DNA from: Ruditapes philippinarum
Taxonomy: Eukaryota
Length of the DNA: 64,000 nt
Reading direction: 5' to 3'
Assembly: GCF_026571515.1 (NCBI RefSeq)
Contig: NW_026854566.1
Coordinates: 310,001-374,000 of the forward strand
A program made the position numbers and the translations under genes. The notes below the pieces were generated by a model. The model ran no database searches, was not told where the DNA came from, and worked only from the letters and a program-made list of their open reading frames with translations. Shown here piece after piece: positions 56,292-64,000 of this stretch; within the stretch, counting starts at the first letter, position 1, and each line of letters begins with the position of its first letter.

Positions 56292-58513
56292 TTATGCCCC
56301 CTTTTGAAAAAAAGGGGGTATATTGCTTTGCACTTGTCGGTCCGTCGGTCTGTCGGTCCGTCGGTCCGTAGACCAAATGGTTTCTGAGTGATAACTAAAG
56401 AACCCTTAGGCCTAGGAACTTCAAACTTGGTATGGTGATTGGTCATGACAAGTAGATGACCCCTATTGATTTTGGGGTCAAGGGGTCAAAGGTCAAGGTC
56501 ACATTGACCTTGTAAGCAAAAACGGTTTCCGATCAATAACTAAAGAACCTTAAGGCCTAGGAACTTCAAACTTGGTATGGTGATTTGTCATGATCAGTAG
56601 ATGACCCCTATTGATTTTGGGGTCAAGGGATCAAAGGTCAAGGTCACATTGACCTTGTAAGCAAAAACGGTTTCCGATCAATAACTAAAGAACCTTAAGG
56701 CCTAGGAACTTCAGACTTGGTATGGTGATTTGTCATGATCAGTAGATGACCCCTATTGATTTTGGGGTCAAGGGGTCAAAGGTCAAGGTCACATTGACCT
56801 TGTAAGCAAAAACGGTTTCCGATCAATAAGTAAAGAACCCTAAGGCCTAGGAACTTCAAACTTGGTATGGTGATTTGTCATGATCAGTAGATGACCCCTA
56901 ACGATTTTGGGGTCAAGGGGTCAAAGGTCAAGGTCACATTGACCTCTTGGGTAAAAACGGTTTCCGATCAATAACAAAAGAACCCTTAGGCCTAGGAACT
57001 TCAAACTTGGTATGGTGATTGGTCATGATCAGTAGATGACCCCTATTGATTTTGGAGTTAAGGGGTTAAAGGTCAAGGTCACATTGACCTTGTAGGTAAA
57101 AACGGTTTCCGATCAATAACGAAAGAACCCTTAGGCCTAGGGACTACAAACTTGATATGGTGATTGGTCATGATCAGTAGATGACCCCCTATTGATTTTG
57201 GGGTCAAGGGGTCAAAGGTCAAGGTCACATTGACCTCTTAGGTAAAAACAGTTTCGGATCAATAAATAAAGAACCCTTAGGCCTAGGAACTTCAAAACTT
57301 GGTATGGTGATTGGTCATGATCAGTAGATGACCCCTATTGATTTTGGGGTCAAGGGGTCAAAAGGTCAAGGTCACATTGACCTCTTAGGTAAAAGCAGTT
57401 TCGATCAATAACTAAAGAACCCTTAGGCCTAGGAACTTCAAACCTGGTATGGTGATTGGTCATGACCAGCAGATGACCCTACTGATTTTGGGGTTAAGGG
57501 TCAAAGGGAAAGGTCACATTGACCTTGTAGGTAAAAAATGCTTTCCGATCAATAACTTAAGAACCCTTAGGCCTAGGAACTTCAAACTTGGTATGGTGAT
57601 TGGTCATGACCAGCAGATGACCTATTGTTTTTAGGGTCAAGGGGTCAAAGGTCATGTAACATTGACCTTGTAGGTAAAAACGGTTTCTGATCAATTAACT
57701 AAAAACGCTTAGGCCTAGGAACTTCAAACTTTGTAATGATGATTGGTGGTGACCAGCAGATGACCCCTATTGAGTTTTTTGGGTCAAGGGGTCAAAGGTC
57801 AAGGTCACATCGACCTTGTAAGTAAAAACGGTTTCTGATCAATAACTTAAGAACGCTTAGGCCTAGGAACTTCAAAACTTGGTATGGTGATTTTTTTCAT
57901 GACCAGCAGATTACCCTTTCGATTTTGGGATCAAGGGGTCAAAGGTCAAGGTCCCATTGACCTTGTAAGTAAAAACGGTTCCTGATCAATAACTAAAGAA
58001 CACTTGGCCTAGGAACTTCAAACTTGGCATAGTGATTGGTCATGATCAGCAGATGACCCCTATTGATTTTGGGGTCAAAAGGTCAAGGTCACATTGACCT
58101 TGTATGTTAAAAAGGTTTCAGATCATTAATAAAAGAACCCTTAGGCCCTAGGAACTTCAAACTTGGCATGGTGATTAGTCATGACCAGCAAATGACCCCT
58201 ATTGATTTTGGGGTCAAGGGGTCAAAGGTCAAGGTCACATTGACCTTGTAAGTAAAAACGGTTTCTGATCAATTAAGTAAAAACGCTTAGGCTAGGAACT
58301 TCAAACTTTGTATGATGATTTGTCTTGACCAGCAGATGACCCCTATTGAGTTTTTGGGTCAAAGGGGTCAAAGGTCAAGGTCATGACCAGTAGATACTTG
58401 ATAACCCTTATTAATTGTTTGATCACTGGGTCAGAAGTCATGCATAATTACCTTATCACATGAATAATTGGCTGCTGATAGGGGGCATACATGTTTTACA
58501 AACATATCTTGTT
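56292..58513 (+). mobile_element. Helentron/HINE-like element with ~145-bp tandem array (~14 copies)
   Basis: SubTIR TATGCCCCCT, nearby AGGGGGTATA and a (GTCG/GTCC) tract. Internal array. 3' AGGGGGCATA plus ATGTTT..AAACAT hairpin and CTTGTT. Confidence 0.87.
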
Positions 58514-58879
58514 TTACAAGTAATTATAATTTTTCAAAAAATCTTGATTAATAATTGAATTTGTAAGTAAGTCTACAATGTCTAGATTTAGGATGAAGAT
58601 TTTCAATCAAGTGGTAAATTTTCTACAAAATTATTTATTCATAGTTTGTTTTTTTGTTGTTTTTTTTTATTACATGCAACAATAGAGTTTTAAATTCAAT
58701 TCTCTTTATCTCAATTTTGACCTACCAACCTATATTTGAAGTATGAACTCAACTGTACAATAATTTAGTTTGCTAATGCATTAATATTATGAGTAACTTA
58801 AATTTAACACATTTAAATAGCTTTCCTGCAATGTCATTTGATTAAAGAAAATTTCATCTTTCATTACAAATATTTTCAG

Positions 58880-59129
58880 CTAACATTCGAGGCCCTGCTC
58901 CCCCGACCAATCTGAAGAGGTTTAGCTCCCTGGAGAACCCTCTCTACAATGGCCCCGACCCTGACCTGAACATGGGGGGGGGGAATAATACTGGCAAGTT
59001 TCATGAATGAATAAATGAGATGAGGTAGCTGGCTGCCACGTATGGCGCGGAGACGGGGTGGGAACGAGAGTTTCAGGGCAGCTGTGGACCGATCGTACGA
59101 CCCAGTTCCAAAACTTGAAATGGATCCCT
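58880..59129 (+). CDS. PARD3: Par-3 exon with apparent frameshifts/stops in its middle
   Basis: 5' part NIRGPAPPTNLKRFSSLEN (cf. LKKSSSLESL). 3' part PRMARRRGGNESFRAAVDRSYDPVPKLEMDP (cf. RGRGCNESFRAAIDKSYD), but in a different frame. Acceptor TTTTCAG, donor T|GTAAGT. Confidence 0.85.
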
Positions 59130-59913
59130 GTAAGTTTTGATTATTCAGATAATTATTTGCTTCAGAATTTGAGTTGGTGTTAAGATTCGGTTTATATTTG
59201 ATCAAAATGGAAAAATTTGCTATACATTCTTCCAAGCTTTGATGATGTAGTCAGCTGTTTGGATATTTGCCATGAGCCATAATAGCTGTGACATAAGGTC
59301 CATGCCTAGCACCATTTACTTTAATTCTATTCAGGTGCCAGTTTTGAAACTTCCTCCACTAGTTAAAGTGGAAAGTCGCCATATGACAAATACTGTGTTG
59401 GTGCGAAGTAAAACCCAACCAAAAAAGAAAACAAAAAAAAACCCCTTAAATTCTAGATCATGTTTATGTTATATTTGAAACCATTTTAAGTTTAATTCAC
59501 TACATCTTCAATGTACAGTTCATTGTAACCGTTATAGTAAGGGTTAGGTACATTTACATAATTGATTAAAAGTTGACTAAAACATTGAAACTACTCATGA
59601 TGATGACCTTTTATGCCTAATTTATTGATTTTTTTAAAAATATTTATATAGAAATATATAAAATATATCCGTGTACATGTACCTTTATTTCTATAGATAC
59701 AACCCGTTACAACAACTTTGTTAATTATTCAAATCCCCCTGGATCATTGTTCTGTATCATTGTGTTATTTTAGATGGAGAGTTAAAATTGCTACTTAAGC
59801 CGGATTCTTTCAGTGTTTGAATTTAAATATTCATAAATTTATAATCATAATAGATTAAGCATGAGTAAGACATATCCCATTTATTAAACATTTATGATTT
59901 TTCGACCAATCAG

Positions 59914-59964
59914 ATGATGGAGAACCAAATGTACCAACAACTGCTTTACGGAGAACACATTCTG
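59914..59964 (+). CDS. PARD3: Putative Par-3 cassette exon (alternative donor at 60051)
   Basis: DGEPNVPTTALRRTHS, donor G|GTAATA. The frame stays open to CAAG|GTACCC at 60051. Both forms are phase 1-1. Confidence 0.55.
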
Positions 59965-62900
59965 GTAATATAATGCGCTCCCTCTCTTCTATTCAATTAC
60001 GGCATGGTGTAATATGCAAGTCGCTTGATCATATATTTCGTCTCTCCCAAGGTACCCATGACCGGGTCAAACTAAGTTCAGTTCAGTTCAAGTTCTGTTC
60101 TCACATAACTCTGTTCCGTTCAGTTCTGTTCTCACATTGTTTATTTTTCAGTTTTTTAACAGTTAATTATTTTAAGTTGCATTAAAATTGTTTAGTGTAG
60201 GTGTGGTAGTCCATTTATTCAGAAAAGTAAGCACTTAAATTTGCTTGTTTACATTTTTAAACTTTGATTGTTGACTTTTTGATAAATTGCCTAAGTTTAA
60301 CTTGAATTTGCAAACAGTATTGTTATTTAAAGTTTGCACAATAAGGCCAGTATAGGGTAGTGGCCTAGTAATTTAGGTATCCACCTGTCAACGATTAAGC
60401 CCGATTTGGGTCACTACCATGTTTCCACATGTGTCACTAGTACTGGTTTGTTCCAGGAAGCAAATTTGAGAGTGGCTCATCTAATTCAAAATGATTTTTT
60501 CACAATTTTAAACTAGGCTCATTGAGCCTTCTTTTAATGGAAGTTTGGGAGTCATTTGCTCCTGATTTTGACTTGTAACTTCCAAAATATAACTCTTTTA
60601 CTTCTTTACCTATACAATGTGACTTCCACTGTCAGACATTTTGTAGTCTCAGACTTCCAAATTTAGAATCTTAATGGAAGCCTTGCATCAGTACAGAGAA
60701 TGGTAGGCCTACAGATTTTATAATTGTTTGTGCAAGGCCTAAATATTTCTTGATCACAGTTTCTTGGTTGATGATAATATTTTGATGCCATCTCATGATG
60801 TATGAAGCAATCATCTTATCAACTGTTTCAAATGATTTTTATAAAAATAAAAGAAAAAAATAGCAAAAAATATGGATGAATGGACTATCAAAAAAAGACA
60901 TTTAATATTTTCTTAAATCTCAGTATTCAGACATAATAATATACTTGAAGTTATATAATAACATTTTGTTAGTCTACTTTGGGAGTTAAATGTCATATTT
61001 TAACTGAGACTCCAATAGCCCCCAAAAATGATCAAACCACTTAACAACATTTTGAGAATGTGAATGTCTGATGTTGAAATTCATGCATTTTAAATTTCAT
61101 TGTAAAATGGTTGTATATTATAACATATACGGTAAAAACAGCTAGATTTTCTATGTGTTATTTTCATTAAACATAAGCAACCCTTTTAAATGCCCTCACA
61201 GATTTTAAATTTTAATGAAATACATGTAAATTATTGCAAGGATGAAATCAAGATAATTTTTTTTTGTCTGAATATTGAAATGTTAAGTTTATTTGTTCAG
61301 TCAAGCATGGTTGTTGATTTAGAATTAGCATATTTTGATGATGATAACAGAAGATAAACGCATGTCAATTTGCTAGTTTATATTTTTGTGAATTACCCAT
61401 AATTGTCAAGTTTGCATGAATGAATGACTAAGTTGTGTCCCTTTTTCTTTTAAAATATTTTAATTTCTGTTTGTAATTGTTTTTTAATTGGAAAAAAAGT
61501 TAAAAAAACTTTTTAAAGCAATCTTTAAGTGACTATTATTCAAAACTTTGAGCATTTGTTTTTACACATTATAAAACTACCTTTTGATATTTTGTTGATG
61601 GAGATGTCTTGATGATAATATTTACCATCTTATGGGGGGGGGAAGAAGAAAAAAACCAACAACAAAAAACACCAAAAGCACCCATTGAGTTCTTATGAAG
61701 CAGACATCTCTCCAAGACATTAAAAAAACATGAACAAAAATGGTAACTTAATAAGGATGAGGTCAAATCTAGAATTTCCTACAACATTATTTTTATTACC
61801 TTCAATTTTGTAAATTTCTATATTTAAAAAAAAAAAAGAAAACAACTTTTAAATGCTGAGCTAGCACTTGATATTTATTTTACATTTTTTAAAAAAGATC
61901 ATGCAAAAAAAAAAATCCTAACAAAGTCATAGAAAGAACAGAAAGTGAAAAATTCACAAACATTTGTTATAAATTCATCATAAGCTCATACATAAGTTTA
62001 AAGGCCTAAAATTGTGCAGTTATATCACTGGACAGAAAGACAATTATAGTCCTCACAGTAAAGAACAGAAAGATGATAGAATTCCAGTAAATTAATAACA
62101 GAAACAATTATTACGTATTAGTCATGGAGAGAGAATCATTATTTCGTGATATGCCTATAGTTTACTCACTGTTACGAATACAAGATATTTTGATGGAGGG
62201 TGCACCATTGATAATCTAGAAATAAGATTCTTTGAAGAGCGGACAAAATGAATAACATGTTCTTCTTTTTTCTGTTACAGTAATCATGAAAGTAATACCT
62301 GTACCATAGTTGATTAAATAACTGCAGATTTTTTGTAACTATCTGTTTGTATTGAAGCTATAATGTAGCATAGCAACATTTGTTATAAAATGTTTTAAAA
62401 ACTTCATTATTGAAATGTTATACCAAGAATACAGTCTGAAAATATGTAGATTCATTGGTTAAATCTGAATTACAGTCTGAAAATTGTCCTATGAACATGC
62501 ACATTAATATTTTCTACATGTGTGACCTTGACCCATATTCTGAAGGTCAAATATGGTACAGTGCTTTATGAATATTAAGTTAGATTTAGGATGCACTACA
62601 GTTATCTACAGTTATTAATTATGAAAACATGCTCATTTCTGCTCTCACATTATTTAAATTATTGTGATTAGAAATACTTGCTAGCAGAATGCAAACTTAA
62701 TTAAATTGGATAAAAAAGTATTTGTTGAAGAAATAAGTTTGGGGATTTTGACTGATAAAATGGCACAGATGAACATGTTTTCATTTAATAATGCACCTGG
62801 ATTTTAACAAATATTAATGAATTAACAACAAAAGGTAACAGTATGTAAGATATATGATTATTCTAATGTATAATTATCTATGATATTTTAAGATTTTATT

Positions 62901-63686
62901 TCAATATCTTTTTAAAATGCTTTTCAGATAACAATTTTGTCTAGTATTTAGTTTTGTCTATTAGTAGAATTGATACAAATGTGGAAATTTCTGATTTTCA
63001 TCAATTTTAAATGGATCTTCATCTGTTTTCCATCTATATGTGTAGATAGGGAAGAATTTGTTAATTTTGAGTTAGATTGTTTTACAGAATTGGATGATAT
63101 TTGACTTGTTCAATGATTTGTCTTTAATTACATGACCAGAAAATTTGCTTTGATATATGTATTTATGAAGTGATTTTATAGCCTGAAGCCAGTATCTAGC
63201 TACTATCTCAGCATAACTTCATGCAAATGAATGTGTTTTTTTTTTTTTTTTTTTTATCAAGTAAAAAGGCAGTTTATATAAGGATAAAGAAAGTATTTAA
63301 AAGTAAAGAAAAATCACATGAACGTGTTGAAGTAAAAATTTACTGTTCTGCCATTGTTTCTCATTTATATACAAGACAATTGTTACATAAGCCCCCCCCC
63401 CACTCTTTATTTCAAAGTATACAGGTTAAGAGCAGCTAAGTTGTACCTGCACTAAAATCCACTGTCTGACTGTTCCTACTAAACAGGACCTTTACTTAGT
63501 GGTCAAAGGTCCTGATAAGCCTGGTCATGGTTATATTATACAATTTAATTGCTCATGTAATTAAAGACAAATCATAGTATATAGATATTCTTTGTGTTAT
63601 TTTTATTATACTGCTTATTTTATTATTATATTATTTTACAATAACCAAAAATATATTTTATATAAATATCACATTGACATTTACAG

Positions 63687-63846
63687 TGGAAGAAGAAGGT
63701 AGTGAAGGTGGGTCAATAGGTCGTGACCCCATTAATTCAGCAAGGTCATCCACTAGTGAAGTGTTCACTGAAGATGGTAAAAAGAAAGGGGGGAAGAAAA
63801 ATAAAGATGCACGGAAATCAGGTGGCCTTTTGAAAGGCTTTTTCAA
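63687..63846 (+). CDS. PARD3: Par-3 exon (basic, Lys-rich region); gene continues beyond the window
   Basis: EEEGSEGGSIGRDPINSARSSTSEVFTEDGKKKGGKKNKDARKSGGLLKGFF (cf. LEEDTEES...GMLKGLGDMFRFG). Acceptor TTTACAG, donor AA|GTAAGT, phase 1-2. Confidence 0.9.
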
Positions 63847-64000
63847 GTAAGTGTTGTAACATTGATTATAATTATATAAAGGGAGAGTTGTCATTATCAT
63901 TTTCCTTTCTTGGGCTTACAAAGTATTTTAAGTTTTCAAAGACCTATAGATATTGAGAATAGTCAAGTGCACTTATTACAAACATCTCTTGTTTTATAAT

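Noticed and set aside
56400-58390. Regular arrays (also 43000-44100 and 54600-55600) as CRISPR
   Set aside because: Whole monomers repeat with no unique spacers. The context is a eukaryotic intron with no cas genes.
58998-59028. 31-nt GT...AG segment whose removal would restore the exon frame
   Set aside because: Too short for a typical metazoan spliceosomal intron and lacks a pyrimidine tract. Sequence error is more parsimonious.

Overview
AT-rich eukaryotic genomic DNA, very probably from a bivalve mollusc (inferred from the repeat families and the protein, not proven). Most of the window is one intron-rich + strand gene, the cell-polarity scaffold par-3/PARD3 (Bazooka). I traced it by hand through GT-AG junctions with consistent phases, from the start codon at 6451/6457 through the N-terminal CR1 oligomerisation domain, PDZ1-3 and the aPKC-binding CR3 to an exon ending at 63846. 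The gene runs off the right edge. The introns hold four Helentron/HINE-type elements with internal satellite arrays, several MITEs, tRNA-derived SINEs, a decayed LINE RT and a CAC-ended transposon with a 5-bp TSD. The main oddities are: a fold-back plus a ~0.9 kb tandem duplication over the promoter region; a candidate internal first exon giving a CR1-less isoform; several optional-looking exons, each with a PAR-1-type phosphomotif; a satellite with about 10 perfect ERE palindromes; and one conserved exon with frameshifts that are probably consensus errors. I found no convincing wholly new biological system, and the findings are hypotheses.
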